Shown here: piece after piece, positions 1-10,707 of the stretch
Layout of the letters: each line of letters opens with the position of its first letter
How positions within the stretch are numbered: the stretch's first letter is position 1
Assembly: GCA_011605725.1 (NCBI GenBank)
Contig: JAAOZP010000017.1
Coordinates: forward strand, 256,001 to 320,000
Length of the DNA stretch: 64,000 bases
Source of the DNA: Nitrososphaerota archaeon
GTDB taxonomy: Archaea > Thermoproteota > EX4484-205 > JAAOZP01
Reading direction: 5' to 3'
Made by a program: the position numbers and the translations under genes
Notes under the pieces: model-generated
Databases searched by the model: none
What the model saw: the letters and a program-made list of their open reading frames with translations, nothing else
What the model was told of the DNA's origin: nothing

Positions 1-1
1 C

Positions 2-826
2 GGGATCGCGATATCGGCTGTTGGAATGCTTGCAACAGTAGGCATGACGATTGCGGCTGACGCCTACGGGCCTGTTTCAGACAACGCGAAGGGTATTGCT
101 GAGCAATCCGGCTTGGGCGAGGAGGTTATTGAGGTTGCCGACAGGCTTGACGCTGCAGGGAACACTACTAAAGCCATCACAAAAGGCTTCGCAATAGGTG
201 CCGCTGCACTTACTGTTCTAGCGCTTTTCGCAGCCTATGCTCACCTGGTCGATATTGAAACACTTGACCTGATGAAGCCGGGGGTTGTCGCCGGGGTTTT
301 CCTCGGCGGAATGATGCCGCCGCTGCTTTCAGCCCTCCTAATCCTGGCTGTAGGTAGGAATGCTGAGAGGATGGTTGAGGAGGTTAGACGCCAGTTCAAA
401 GAGATACCCGGGTTGATGGAGGGCAAAGCGAAGCCGGACTACGCTAAATGCGTAGACATCGCTACCAGGGGCGCGATTAAAGAACTTATGCTACCGTGTT
501 CCCTAGCGATAATAGTTCCAGTCTTAACAATGATACTTCTCGGAAAAGAGGCGCTTGCAGGCTTCCTGGCGGGAAGCATCGTTACAGGGATAATATTCGC
601 TCTTTTCATGGCGAACGCTGGAGGACTCTGGGACAACGCTAAGAAATACATAGAGTCTGGGGCTCACGGGGGTAAGGGTTCTGAAGCCCATAAGGCTGCT
701 GTAACCGGGGACACTGTCGGAGACCCGTTTAAAGATACCGCCGGCCCATCGTTGAACACGATGATCACAGTCATGTCGCTAGTTGCCGAGGTCTTCGCCC
801 CACTAATACTTCTATTAGTCTCCTAG
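2..826 (+). CDS. hppA: Membrane-bound H+-translocating pyrophosphatase, C-terminal part (5' truncated by window edge), K+-independent type
   Basis: Motifs [48 protein letters not shown]. The frame is open back to the window start (GIAISAVGM). Lys in GNTTKA marks the K+-independent subfamily. Confidence 0.95.
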   Translation, partial: GIAISAVGMLATVGMTIAADAYGPVSDNAKGIAEQSGLGEEVIEVADRLDAAGNTTKAITKGFAIGAAALTVLALFAAYAHLVDIETLDLMKPGVVAGVFLGGMMPPLLSALLILAVGRNAERMVEEVRRQFKEIPGLMEGKAKPDYAKCVDIATRGAIKELMLPCSLAIIVPVLTMILLGKEALAGFLAGSIVTGIIFALFMANAGGLWDNAKKYIESGAHGGKGSEAHKAAVTGDTVGDPFKDTAGPSLNTMITVMSLVAEVFAPLILLLVS

Positions 827-1256
827 AATCACGGATTGCTGAGAGCTTGGAGTAGGGTGCGCACGTGCTAGACGGAGAAGCTGCTCAATGCTTACTTTCG
901 CGCTCAGCTCTTGATTCATAAACCGTTTTTCCCTCAAATCCAAATCTACAGTTGCAAGTTCGTTTATTTCTTCGACTTATTCTGCGGGTTTACGTATACT
1001 AAATGGAGTTCGAGAATTTTAGTTTTAAACTTAGTGAGATACCTGCTGGTGTTGCAAGCAGCGGGTTGAGTTGCCTTGATGAAAACCCGCTTGTATCCAT
1101 GCGATACCTACTTATTCAAAAGCTATCAATATTCCCTTCCACTCTGCAAGCCGCTGAGCTCCGTTAGAATCCTCTACTGGTTCCACGTTGTAACTGCAGC
1201 AGTTAATCTTATAAGCGGGTTTTTCTCACAATGCCGAGAACTGGAGAGGGATCAGG

Positions 1257-4085
1257 ATGTCTAGGCCTTGGCATGCTATGAGTGTCGAGGAAGTTTTAAA
1301 AGAGCTAGGCGTGGGTCGCGAGGGTTTGTCATCACAGGAGGCTTCTGAGCGTCTTAAAAAATATGGGCCTAACGAGATCAAGGAGGTGAAGCGTAGAACA
1401 GCTTTGCAAATGTTCCTAGACGAATTTAAAGATGTATTTATTATTCTACTGATAGCTGCTACGATTTTCTCCGCCATAGTTGGTTACTACGAGATGCTTC
1501 AGGGCGGTGAATTCATGGAGTCGTTTGCAGACGTTATAACGATAAGCGCTATAGTTGTTTTATGCGCAGTCACGGGTTTTGTTCAGGAGTATAGGGCTGA
1601 GAAGGCTGTTGAAGCCCTTAAGAAGCTGGCTGCTCCGAAAGCCCGGGTAATAAGGGATGGTAAAGAAATATTTATACCGGCAAGCGAAGTGGTTCCCGGA
1701 GATATTCTCGCACTTGAGGCGGGTGACCATGTTCCTGCCGACGCTCGCATCATTGAAGCCGTCGAGCTGAAGGCGAGCGAAGCAGTTTTAACCGGAGAAT
1801 CCACTCCAGTTGGGAAAGAGTTGACGGTTCTGAAGGAGGATACTCCGGTATCTGAGAGGAGGAACATGGTTTTCTCCGCGACGCATATTGTCTACGGCAG
1901 GGGGAAGGCTGTTGCGGTAGCAACAGGCATGAACACCGAGTTCGGCAAGATCGCTGAGATGGTTCAAACAGCTGAGGAGGAGGAAACACCCCTGCAGAAG
2001 AAGCTTGACAGGTTCGCCAGTAAAATAGCTAAGGTTGTAATCGCCGTCTGCGTGTTAATTTTCGCCCTTGAAGCCTTTGAAGTAGTTATGCAGATGCATT
2101 TTGAAATCGAGGGCTTTATCCAGGCCTTCATGTCCTCAATAGCCCTAGCTATTTCAGCAGTCCCGGAAGGGCTTCCGGCGATAGTCACCATAGCACTTGC
2201 CCTAGGCGCCAGGGAGTTTGCGAAGCGGAACGCTATTGTGAGACGGTTGTCTTCGGCTGAAAGCCTAGGCGCGGTGACGGTGATATGCTCAGACAAGACT
2301 GGGACAATAACCAAGGGGGAGATGACTGTCCGCCAAATATACGTTGACGGAAAGCTTGTTGAAGTAACTGGAGTAGGATACGAGCCTAAGGGAGATTTCA
2401 GGGTCGGCGATGACCTTGTTGAACCAGGGGGAAGCCTCAGCCTTCTCCTAAGAATAGGCGCGTTATGCAACAATGCCAGCTTGAGGAGGAATGATCAGAA
2501 CAATACTTGGGAGGTCTTCGGAGACCCTACGGAGGGGGCTCTAATCGTCTCAGCCGCTAAGACTGGGCTTTGGAAAGAGGCTTTGGAGAAGAGTTTTCCA
2601 AGAATCGGCGAGATCCCGTTCACCTCCGAGAGGAAACGCATGACCACCATCCATAAAACCCCGGAGGGAGAAGTCCACGCCTACATGAAGGGAGCGCCAG
2701 AAGTCGTTTTAGAAAGATGTAGCCGTATTCTTGAAGACGGTGAGGAGAAGATTTTGACAGAGGAGAGGAGGAGAATGATTCTTGAGGTTAACGAGAAACT
2801 GGCGGGGAATGCTCTGAGAGTGCTTGCAATGGCGTACAGACGCCTACCGGAAACGATGGCGGAGCATCATGATGATGAGGCTGTTGAAAGAGAGATGGTT
2901 TTCGTCGGGCTCCAAGGGATGATTGACCCTCCTAGGGAAGAGGCTATTGAGGCGAATAAGCTTTGCCAGAAAGCAGGCATAAAGACCGTTATGATAACCG
3001 GGGACCATAAGCTGACAGCAGTTGCCGTAGCTAGGGAAGTAGGGATCTATAAAGAGGGAGACTTGGTTTTAACAGGCGGGGAATTGGATAAGTTGAGCGA
3101 CGAGGAGTTTGAGAGGATTGTTGAGAAGGTGACGGTTTACGCTAGGGTTTCCCCTGAGCACAAGCTTAGGATCGTGAACGCTTTGAAGAAGAAGGGCCAC
3201 ATTGTTGCGATGACTGGTGACGGGGTTAACGACGCGCCCGCGGTTAAAGCTGCAGACGTCGGAGTAGCCATGGGGATAACTGGGACGGATGTTACTAAGG
3301 AGGCTTCAGACCTTATTCTTATGGATGACAATTTTGCTACGATCGTTAAGGCTGTTGAACAGGGCAGAGTGATATACGATAATATTCGGAAGTATGCGCG
3401 TTTCCTGTTGGCATGCAATTTCGACGAACTGCTTGTGATAGGAACGTTCGCAATACTCGGCGGAATATTCGGTGAAACAATGTTTCCACTCCCACTCCTG
3501 CCGGCGATGATACTTTGGATAAATCTTGTTACAGATGGTGCGCCAGCAGTCGCTCTAGCGACTGACCCTCCGGATGTGGATGTCATGGATAGGCCGCCCC
3601 GCAAGCCTGAGGAGGGAATAATGCATGGAATGGGAGCGTTCATCATAACATCCTTCATACTGCAAGCAACCGGAACCATTCTTGTTTTCTGCCTAGAATA
3701 CTACGTGTGGCCCTCCCACCCATGGATGCTTCCAGGCGGGATCATAGATGAGGCTGCTAGAGAACTTACCTACAGGGAGGCCACTACAACGGCTTTCGTG
3801 CAAGCGGCGATGTTCGAGCTCTTCGTCGTCTGGAACTGTCGTTCAGAGAAACACAGCGTCTGGAAAATGGGTAGGAAAGCATTCGAGAACAAGTTCTTCG
3901 TCATAGCTGATTTAGCGTCTGTAGCATTAACCCTCGGAATAACCTATATACCCATAACGCAGCAACTATTCCATCTGACAGGTCTAAGCCTAATGGACCT
4001 AGCATACGTTATAGGCGTAGCAAGCTGGGGACTCTTTATATTTCCAGAGCTATTCATGGGTAGGAAAGTCTGGAAGTGGGAGTAG
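1257..4085 (+). CDS. Type II (Ca2+-like) cation-transporting P-type ATPase
   Basis: TGES, PEGL, phosphorylation motif DKTGT, KGAPE, TGD, GDGVNDAP, M6 WINLVTDG; 942 aa. Confidence 0.95.
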   Translation: MSRPWHAMSVEEVLKELGVGREGLSSQEASERLKKYGPNEIKEVKRRTALQMFLDEFKDVFIILLIAATIFSAIVGYYEMLQGGEFMESFADVITISAIVVLCAVTGFVQEYRAEKAVEALKKLAAPKARVIRDGKEIFIPASEVVPGDILALEAGDHVPADARIIEAVELKASEAVLTGESTPVGKELTVLKEDTPVSERRNMVFSATHIVYGRGKAVAVATGMNTEFGKIAEMVQTAEEEETPLQKKLDRFASKIAKVVIAVCVLIFALEAFEVVMQMHFEIEGFIQAFMSSIALAISAVPEGLPAIVTIALALGAREFAKRNAIVRRLSSAESLGAVTVICSDKTGTITKGEMTVRQIYVDGKLVEVTGVGYEPKGDFRVGDDLVEPGGSLSLLLRIGALCNNASLRRNDQNNTWEVFGDPTEGALIVSAAKTGLWKEALEKSFPRIGEIPFTSERKRMTTIHKTPEGEVHAYMKGAPEVVLERCSRILEDGEEKILTEERRRMILEVNEKLAGNALRVLAMAYRRLPETMAEHHDDEAVEREMVFVGLQGMIDPPREEAIEANKLCQKAGIKTVMITGDHKLTAVAVAREVGIYKEGDLVLTGGELDKLSDEEFERIVEKVTVYARVSPEHKLRIVNALKKKGHIVAMTGDGVNDAPAVKAADVGVAMGITGTDVTKEASDLILMDDNFATIVKAVEQGRVIYDNIRKYARFLLACNFDELLVIGTFAILGGIFGETMFPLPLLPAMILWINLVTDGAPAVALATDPPDVDVMDRPPRKPEEGIMHGMGAFIITSFILQATGTILVFCLEYYVWPSHPWMLPGGIIDEAARELTYREATTTAFVQAAMFELFVVWNCRSEKHSVWKMGRKAFENKFFVIADLASVALTLGITYIPITQQLFHLTGLSLMDLAYVIGVASWGLFIFPELFMGRKVWKWE

Positions 4086-4165
4086 CCGAAGGCTAATACC
4101 GGTTTCATACTGTCAAGATTTATAATTAAACTGTGAACCTGATCAAATCAGGTAGGTATACCTTC

Positions 4166-6877
4166 TTAGCGCGCGCTATTTCTCGGGTGAGTCTTGGATG
4201 GAATCCTAAGCAGGAGCTTAGTTACTTCAATGCTGGCTAGGGTTATTAACGATAGGCCAATGGCCCACATGAAGCTAGTTAAATCTGGTTCAACGATTCC
4301 AAGCGCCTGTCTAGAAAGTGGGAAACTGATTAGAATTAGCATAAGTAGTATTTCCCAGGAAACGGCTGCTAACAAAAACTTGTGGGGACGCGTTTCTAAA
4401 ATAGTATATTTCAATGAACGGCAAGTTAGTGCCAGAACCAGTTCAAAAAGAATGAATGTTATGAAAACTCTTGAGCGAGCAAATTCTTCATTTGGGAGAG
4501 ATGCTGAGAAAAACCAAATGAGTAAGGGTACTTCCACTATCAATGCACGCAGAAGAAATGATTTAACTTCTCGAGTGAATATTGTTTCCTTTGGATCTCT
4601 AGGAGGTCTCTTCATTACGTCTGGGTCTGGTGGGCTTACACCTAAGGCTAAGGCGGGGAGACCGTCTGTGGCAAGGTTCACGTAAAGGATTTGTACTGGA
4701 AGCAGTGGCATGGGGAACCCGAGCAGAACCGCTACTGAAAGCATTAATATCTCAACCAGATTCGCCTGCAATAGGTAGGTTAAGTATTTCTTGATGTTGT
4801 CGTAAATCCATCTGCCAAGTTCAATTGCATTCACGATTGTTGCAAAATTGTCATCCGCTAACACCATGTCCGCAGCTTCTTTAGAGACCTCCGTGCCAGT
4901 TATACCCATTGCGACACCGATATCGGCATGTTTTAAGGCAGGTGCGTCGTTAACCCCGTCGCCCGTCATCGCAACAATATGCCCCTTATTTTTCCATGCT
5001 CGAACAATTTTTAGTTTATGCTCAGGCGATACGCGGGCGTAAACCGTCACCTTCTCAACTATATTCTCTAGTTCCCTATCTGACATCTTCTCCAATTCTT
5101 CGCCTGTCAAAACCAAGTCGCCTTCTTTATAGATCTCTACTTCCCTAGCTACTGAAACCGCTGTGAGCTTATGGTCGCCAGTTATCATAACGGTTTTTAT
5201 CCCTACTTGTTTGCATATTTCCACAGACTTTATCGCTTCCTCTCTAGGCGGGTCCATCATGCCAATCAAGCCAAGAAACACCATGTTACTTTCTACAGCT
5301 TCTTCATCTAGATTATTTACATTCTCGCTTGTTCTTTTGTAAGCTATTCCTAAAACCCTAAGGGCGTTTCCAGCCATATCGTTATTAACCATCAATATCT
5401 CTTTCTTCCCTTCTTCGGTTAATTCCTTAATACCGTTAAGTCCATATATGTAGGCGCATTTCTCTAAGACTTTCTCCGGCGCGCCTTTCATACAGAAAAT
5501 TCTATCTCCTTCCGGAGTCAAGTGGACAGTAGTCATAAGTTTTCTCTCAGAGCTGAATGGGACTTCATATATCCGCGGATAATCTTTTCTCAACTCTTGC
5601 CACATGCCAGATTTTGCAGCAGCAACCAGAAGTGCGCCTTCCGTAGGATCTCCCTTAATAAGCCATTTATCATCTTCACGTATCAGTTCAGCATCATTGC
5701 ATAAAAGTGAACACTTCATCAAAAGTTTGAAGCCTTCATCCTGTAAAACCTTTACATCACCACTATCAACATGAAAAATGCCTTCAGGGACATAACCGAC
5801 TCCAGAGACCTCGATAGTATTACCGAGAACATAGATTTTCCGAACAGTCATCTCGCCTTTAGTTAATGTTCCAGTCTTATCCGAGCAGATAACAGTCACT
5901 GTTCCTAAAGTTTCTACAGCCGGCATCCTTCTGACAAGCGCGTTCCTTTTCGCCATTCTGTACATCCCTATGGCAAGGCTACCTGTCACGACAGCTGGCA
6001 AAGCCTCTGGGACTGCCGCCACCGCTAAAGCAACTCCGAAAAGCAAAGCCTCTATTAATGGCATATCCCTATAAAACCCAATTATTACTATGCTGATTAC
6101 TATAGTTAATGCTATTCCTCCAAGCCATTTCCCTATTTCCTTAGCCTTATTCTCTAAGGGAGTCTCCTCTTCTTCAGCAACAGCAACGTCCTTCGCTATT
6201 TTACCAAACTCCGTATTCATGCCCGTTGCAACAACAACCGCCTTTCCTTTTCCGCCGACAACCTCTGTTCCAGAGAAAACCATGTTTTTCCTATCTGAAA
6301 CAGGCGTATCCTCTGGAAGGGGCTCTACGTCTTTAAACACGGGCATGGACTCACCAGTCAAGGAAGCCTCGTTAAGACGCAAGTTGACCGTTTCGATTAA
6401 TCTAGCGTCTGCAGGAACCTTGTCTCCCTCTTTCAACACAAGTATGTCGCCTGGAACCACTTCTCTCAGAGGTATCGCGACCTCTTTAGAATCTCTTACC
6501 ACAGTAACAGTTGGACTGAGCATTTTCTTGAGAGCCTCCAAAGCTTTTTCAGCGCGATACTCCTGGTAAAACCCGAGTATAGCTGACACGAAAACTATGA
6601 CGAGAATAACTAGGGCATCAATGTCATGTCCAGTAGCTAGTGAAAGCAGTGTCGCACCAATTAGAATCAGTATTAGAATATTTTTAAACTGGTTAAGAAA
6701 GATTTTTAAAGGTGAAACCTTTTCCCCGGTGGTAAGCTCGTTGGGACCATGTTTTTCTAGCCTAGCTTTAGCTTCTTCTTCGGACAGCCCTTTAAAGCTT
6801 GTATTAAGTATAAGCAATACCTCGTCAATACTCATGGAATGTGCTTTCCTTGCAATTTCTTCCTCCAGATAAGACAT
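4166..6877 (-). CDS. Second type II cation-transporting P-type ATPase, convergent paralog
   Basis: TGES, PEAL, DKTGT, KGAPE, GDGVNDAP, YVNLATDG. ATG at 6877 (TTG at 6880 is an alternative). Confidence 0.95.
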   Translation of the reverse strand: MSYLEEEIARKAHSMSIDEVLLILNTSFKGLSEEEAKARLEKHGPNELTTGEKVSPLKIFLNQFKNILILILIGATLLSLATGHDIDALVILVIVFVSAILGFYQEYRAEKALEALKKMLSPTVTVVRDSKEVAIPLREVVPGDILVLKEGDKVPADARLIETVNLRLNEASLTGESMPVFKDVEPLPEDTPVSDRKNMVFSGTEVVGGKGKAVVVATGMNTEFGKIAKDVAVAEEEETPLENKAKEIGKWLGGIALTIVISIVIIGFYRDMPLIEALLFGVALAVAAVPEALPAVVTGSLAIGMYRMAKRNALVRRMPAVETLGTVTVICSDKTGTLTKGEMTVRKIYVLGNTIEVSGVGYVPEGIFHVDSGDVKVLQDEGFKLLMKCSLLCNDAELIREDDKWLIKGDPTEGALLVAAAKSGMWQELRKDYPRIYEVPFSSERKLMTTVHLTPEGDRIFCMKGAPEKVLEKCAYIYGLNGIKELTEEGKKEILMVNNDMAGNALRVLGIAYKRTSENVNNLDEEAVESNMVFLGLIGMMDPPREEAIKSVEICKQVGIKTVMITGDHKLTAVSVAREVEIYKEGDLVLTGEELEKMSDRELENIVEKVTVYARVSPEHKLKIVRAWKNKGHIVAMTGDGVNDAPALKHADIGVAMGITGTEVSKEAADMVLADDNFATIVNAIELGRWIYDNIKKYLTYLLQANLVEILMLSVAVLLGFPMPLLPVQILYVNLATDGLPALALGVSPPDPDVMKRPPRDPKETIFTREVKSFLLRALIVEVPLLIWFFSASLPNEEFARSRVFITFILFELVLALTCRSLKYTILETRPHKFLLAAVSWEILLMLILISFPLSRQALGIVEPDLTSFMWAIGLSLITLASIEVTKLLLRIPSKTHPRNSAR

Positions 6878-7120
6878 CAATCTCAGGTTATTAAACCCCT
6901 ATTTATTTTTTTGGGTGGGGGAGGGAGGTTGTTCACATTTAGTTAATACTGAGGGAAACTGGGCGGCATCAGAATGGGAACACAGTAGTTGAAATCCTCT
7001 TACCAAAAAACAATAAATTAGTTTCTCTAAAGAAACATCACCATGTAAGCAAATCAAAGCGACGAGCATTATCAAGCTATAAAAGCTTTGAAATGGAAAG
7101 AAGATTTATAAAAAGGGGTT

Positions 7121-8722
7121 ATGAGTGCTTGCGAGATACATGAATTGACCGATGAACGGAAAATCCCTGCAACCATGTCGACTCAGCACCCGGACAATGC
7201 AAGCCTCCCTAATTGGTGTGAAAAGACGGTTATTAATGGTGATGCAGAAATTTACGAGGCCTATTACGCCTATAGTCAAATTGGTTGCCATGAGGTTATG
7301 TGGGATTCTGAGGGAAAAGATGTTGATACGCGCGTCGTAAGAAAACTTTTAGAAAAACACGCAGATTTCTTTAGAGAACATCAGATTGGAAGAGATGTTT
7401 TCTTAACATATAGGGTTCCGAATCCGAAGATTGAGGGTGCAGAGAAAAAGGTGTTTGTTGAAACTCTATATAATATTGCAGTAGCTTGCGATGTTGCTTC
7501 CACCTTCTATAAGAAAGAGGTTGCACCGATCTTTGAAGTCATTCTTCCCTTTACAACAGATGCTAAGGAACTCATATGGTTATATGAATATTATAGAAGA
7601 ACAATAGCTGCAACAGAAGAAGTGTTTTTAGGTGAAAACATGAAGGTTAAAGATTGGATCGGATGCTTTGGACCTAAGAGTATTGAGGTAATTCCTCTCA
7701 TAGAAGATTTTGAGAGCATTTTGAATGCCGATAAAATAGTAGAACCATATATAAGGGTTGTAAAACCCAGGTATTTGAGAGTTTTTATTGCTAGGTCAGA
7801 CCCTGCTCTCAACTATGGAGTTTTATGTGCAGTCTTACTTTCCAAACTAGCCTTATCAAAGCTGAAACTTCTTGAAAATAAACTAGGTACTAAGATATAT
7901 CCGATATTAGGAGTAGGGACGATGCCTTTTAGAGGACACTTATCTCCGGAAAATATTGAAAATTTCCTACAAGAGTATAGAGGACTATCAACTGTTACAG
8001 TACAATCTGCTTTGAAATATGACTATCCTGTGGAACAAGTGAGAGAATGCATAAATGTCTTGAACAAGATGCTTCCTAATGGGGAGCCGCTACTCGTAGA
8101 TCCTGCAGAAGAAAAGAAAATAGTTAATGTGCTTAAAAAAAGCAAGCAGTTCTATGAAAGGGTTGTTGAAAAGTTAGCACCCCTAATTAATAGCGTAGCT
8201 TCTTATGTTCCAGCTCGGAGAGCCAGAAGGCTTCACATAGGGCTTTTTGGCTATAGTCGAAGAGTTGGAAACGTTGTCCTTCCAAGAGCTATACCTTTCG
8301 CCGCAGCGCTATACTCCTTAGGCATACCACCAGAGTTATTAGGATGCAGGGTTTTTATCGAACTTAAGGAAGATGAATTTAAAATAGTCCAAAAATATTA
8401 TGTCAACTTAAAGCACGATCTGTATGTGGCAGGCGGTTATGTTTCATTGCGTAATATGGAAATGATTAAAGATAATTATACGCGGATAGCTGAAAAAGTT
8501 CACATGAAGCCAGAAATCTTAAAGCAAGCTATTGATGAGGTTTTAAACGACCTTGACGTAATAGAGAAAAACTTTGGTATAAAGTTTGGACCCAGAATCT
8601 ATTCAATGAAGAAGCATGAAAACTTTGTGAATAATTTTCTCCTATCTTATATAGAAGGTGATGAAGCTGGGGCTTCTAATTCTTTAGTAGATGCAGCCAA
8701 AATTAGGAGATGTCTTGGATGA
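7121..8722 (+). CDS. ppcA: Archaeal-type phosphoenolpyruvate carboxylase
   Basis: RKIPATMSTQHPDNA, RVFIARSDPALNYG, PFRGHL, LHIGLFGYSR, LPRAI, C-terminal RRCLG. Confidence 0.93.
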   Translation: MSACEIHELTDERKIPATMSTQHPDNASLPNWCEKTVINGDAEIYEAYYAYSQIGCHEVMWDSEGKDVDTRVVRKLLEKHADFFREHQIGRDVFLTYRVPNPKIEGAEKKVFVETLYNIAVACDVASTFYKKEVAPIFEVILPFTTDAKELIWLYEYYRRTIAATEEVFLGENMKVKDWIGCFGPKSIEVIPLIEDFESILNADKIVEPYIRVVKPRYLRVFIARSDPALNYGVLCAVLLSKLALSKLKLLENKLGTKIYPILGVGTMPFRGHLSPENIENFLQEYRGLSTVTVQSALKYDYPVEQVRECINVLNKMLPNGEPLLVDPAEEKKIVNVLKKSKQFYERVVEKLAPLINSVASYVPARRARRLHIGLFGYSRRVGNVVLPRAIPFAAALYSLGIPPELLGCRVFIELKEDEFKIVQKYYVNLKHDLYVAGGYVSLRNMEMIKDNYTRIAEKVHMKPEILKQAIDEVLNDLDVIEKNFGIKFGPRIYSMKKHENFVNNFLLSYIEGDEAGASNSLVDAAKIRRCLG

Positions 8723-8769
8723 AAAGAAAAATTTTAAATATCCTGCATGGAAAGGTTGGGGGGATCTCT

Positions 8770-8853
8770 ATGGGAAGCGTAAAGGACCTTGAGGTTATCA
8801 AGAGACCTACTCGAGATTTCATGGGTATTGGCCGGTTCCACTTTTCAGACCGG
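8770..8853 (+). pseudogene. purC: 5' fragment (about 28 codons) of archaeal SAICAR synthetase
   Basis: ATG at 8770 reads MGSVKDLEVIKRPTRDFMGIGRFHFSDR, matching the archaeal PurC N-terminus (MGSVKDL...G.F.FSDRYSVFDWG). Similarity ends at DR and the frame stops 11 codons later. Confidence 0.75.
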
Positions 8854-9923
8854 TGGATGTCAGGCTTCCATGCAGCCCTCAGAAGTTGAGGAGCGTTGAA
8901 ACAACCATGCAGCACATTAGGAACAATTATTACAGGAGGCGTGAGGAAGACTGGATACCTGCTAAGACCGCGATGGAGGCTTCACGGTGGCTGGAGGAGA
9001 ACTATAGATGGAAATTCTTCCTATACTTGGACTTCTTCGACCCTCATGAGCCTTGGGACCCGCCGAGATGGTACGTAGATATGTATGATCCATGCTACGA
9101 GGGTGAGGAAGTCGTCTATCCGGCTTACGGGCCTTGCAGCTATCTGACACAGGATGAGCTTCTGCACATCAGGGCCCTGTATGCCGGTGAGGCGGCTTTG
9201 GTTGACAGGTGGATAGGGTTTTTACTTGAAAAGATGAGTACTCTAGGATTGTTTGAGAACACCACTATTGTTTTCACGAGCGACCATGGCTTCTACTTGG
9301 GTGAACACGGGCTAGTAGGTAAATCGGTAATCATAGGTGGAAGCCAGGGTCTAGCTCCCCTATACGAGGAAGTGGCTCACATTCCGCTTCTCATAAGGTT
9401 CCCGGATAATCTTGGCTTAAGAAAAAGTATTAAGGTAAATGCGCTGGTTCAAACACCCGACGTAACTGCTACGGTGCTTGATCTTGCCGGTGTGAAAAGT
9501 TTTACCGGGGCCAGTGTTCAGGGGAAGTCGGTTCTGCCGCTTGTTGAGGGTGAAGCCTCCAGCGTTAGGGACATTGCTGTTTCCACGCCGTCATTAATAA
9601 AGGGAGTAGGAACAGGATAGAGGGCGACAGTAACAACGGACAAGTGGTCGCTAATACTGGCACCTGGGACAAGCATGGAGGATGCTGAAAAAATCGAGAT
9701 TACATTCATAGTTGACGGGGAACCCAGGACGCTTAAACCCGTCGGCAAAATAAACACGGAACTCTACAACCTTAAGTCAGACCCTAAGCAGGAGAGAAAC
9801 CTTGTTTCTGAGGAGACCGAGACGGCTAAAAACATTCAGGCTAAGTTCATAGGGTTTCTCTCGGAGCTTGGGGCCAGCAGAGAAACAATTAGTCCATGGC
9901 TCAAATGCAGAGGATTAAATTAG
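8853..9923 (+). pseudogene. Sulfatase-family remnant: N-terminus missing, internal in-frame TAG at 9618-9620
   Basis: FFLYLDFFDPHEPWDPP, YAGE..LVDRWIG, FTSDHG..GEHG..GK, HIPLLIR, ELYNLKSDPKQERNL. ORFs 8853-9620 and 9675-9923 are in the same frame. No C/SxPxR motif region is present. Confidence 0.85.
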
Positions 9924-10034
9924 TTATTTCTACACAAGCTCTAATACGCGTATCTAAAATTTGTTGCGCTACTAGGCTTATCTAAAACAACGTTAAAGCA
10001 AAACGTTTATATTGCATCGTTTGTTTTTCCGGCT

Positions 10035-10565
10035 ATGGCGGGTTCAGGTTATGAAATAGCTAGGTTTCTCTATTGTTCCGGGCTGTTCGAGGAGGAGGTT
10101 GCCAAGGCGTATAGTCATATGGCTGAAATCACGGTTGACATGGATGTCAAGTGCCTCTTAAACTATATTGCTGACGACTCTTATAAGCACGCTAAGATGT
10201 TTAAGGCTCTCAGCGGTTATCCGGTAAACGTCGGTAAATGTGGTTTTGAAAACTGTGAAAAAGTCTTGGGAAGACTCTGGAGGAACATCACGGAGTATTC
10301 GAGTAGAATTCTGCAGGAGAGCGAAATAAATAAGCACGGGCTCCTAAAGCTGATAGATGGATTAGAGAAGTTTGAGGGCTTCGTGGCGGAAGAGTATATG
10401 ACGGTTTTAAACGTGAAAACCATCGAGCACATGGCAAGGGAGACAGGGCTAAACATTGAGCCTTATGAGATGATATTTGAATGGATAATTGAGGATGAAA
10501 AGAGGCATGAGCAAATTCTAAAGGTCATTAAGAATTTGATCGTAAGAAGTAACAATCAACCGTAA
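10035..10565 (+). CDS. Ferritin-like / rubrerythrin diiron-domain protein
   Basis: Paired E..Y...D(S/E).xH helices: EEEVAKAY..DSYKH and AEEY..DEKRH. Confidence 0.7.
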   Translation: MAGSGYEIARFLYCSGLFEEEVAKAYSHMAEITVDMDVKCLLNYIADDSYKHAKMFKALSGYPVNVGKCGFENCEKVLGRLWRNITEYSSRILQESEINKHGLLKLIDGLEKFEGFVAEEYMTVLNVKTIEHMARETGLNIEPYEMIFEWIIEDEKRHEQILKVIKNLIVRSNNQP

Positions 10566-10707
10566 GATCATTTTAATTTAGGTTTAAAACTTCTTTTAGA
10601 GTGCCAATCCGTTATGTGCTTTCATCTTTACGGGGATGGTTGAAACAGGTTAGGGTATCCTGCAAATAATTCTCTTTACAAGTCGTGGATGGTTTAAACC
10701 ATAAAAT

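Noticed and set aside
1076-1160. TGATGA...CTGA as a C/D box sRNA
   Set aside because: Spacing is too long and there are no clear internal C'/D' boxes.
6912-6928. G-rich tract GGGTGGGGGAGGGAGG as a G-quadruplex
   Set aside because: Only three full G3 runs and no independent support.
9618-9620. Genome-wide TAG reassignment
   Set aside because: TAG ends several intact genes at their expected C-termini (hppA, first ATPase, valS).
10689-10702. Perfect palindrome ATGGTTTAAACCAT just after the tRNA 3' end, as an att site
   Set aside because: No duplicate of the tRNA 3' end and no integrase in the window; TTTAAA-centred palindromes are common here.
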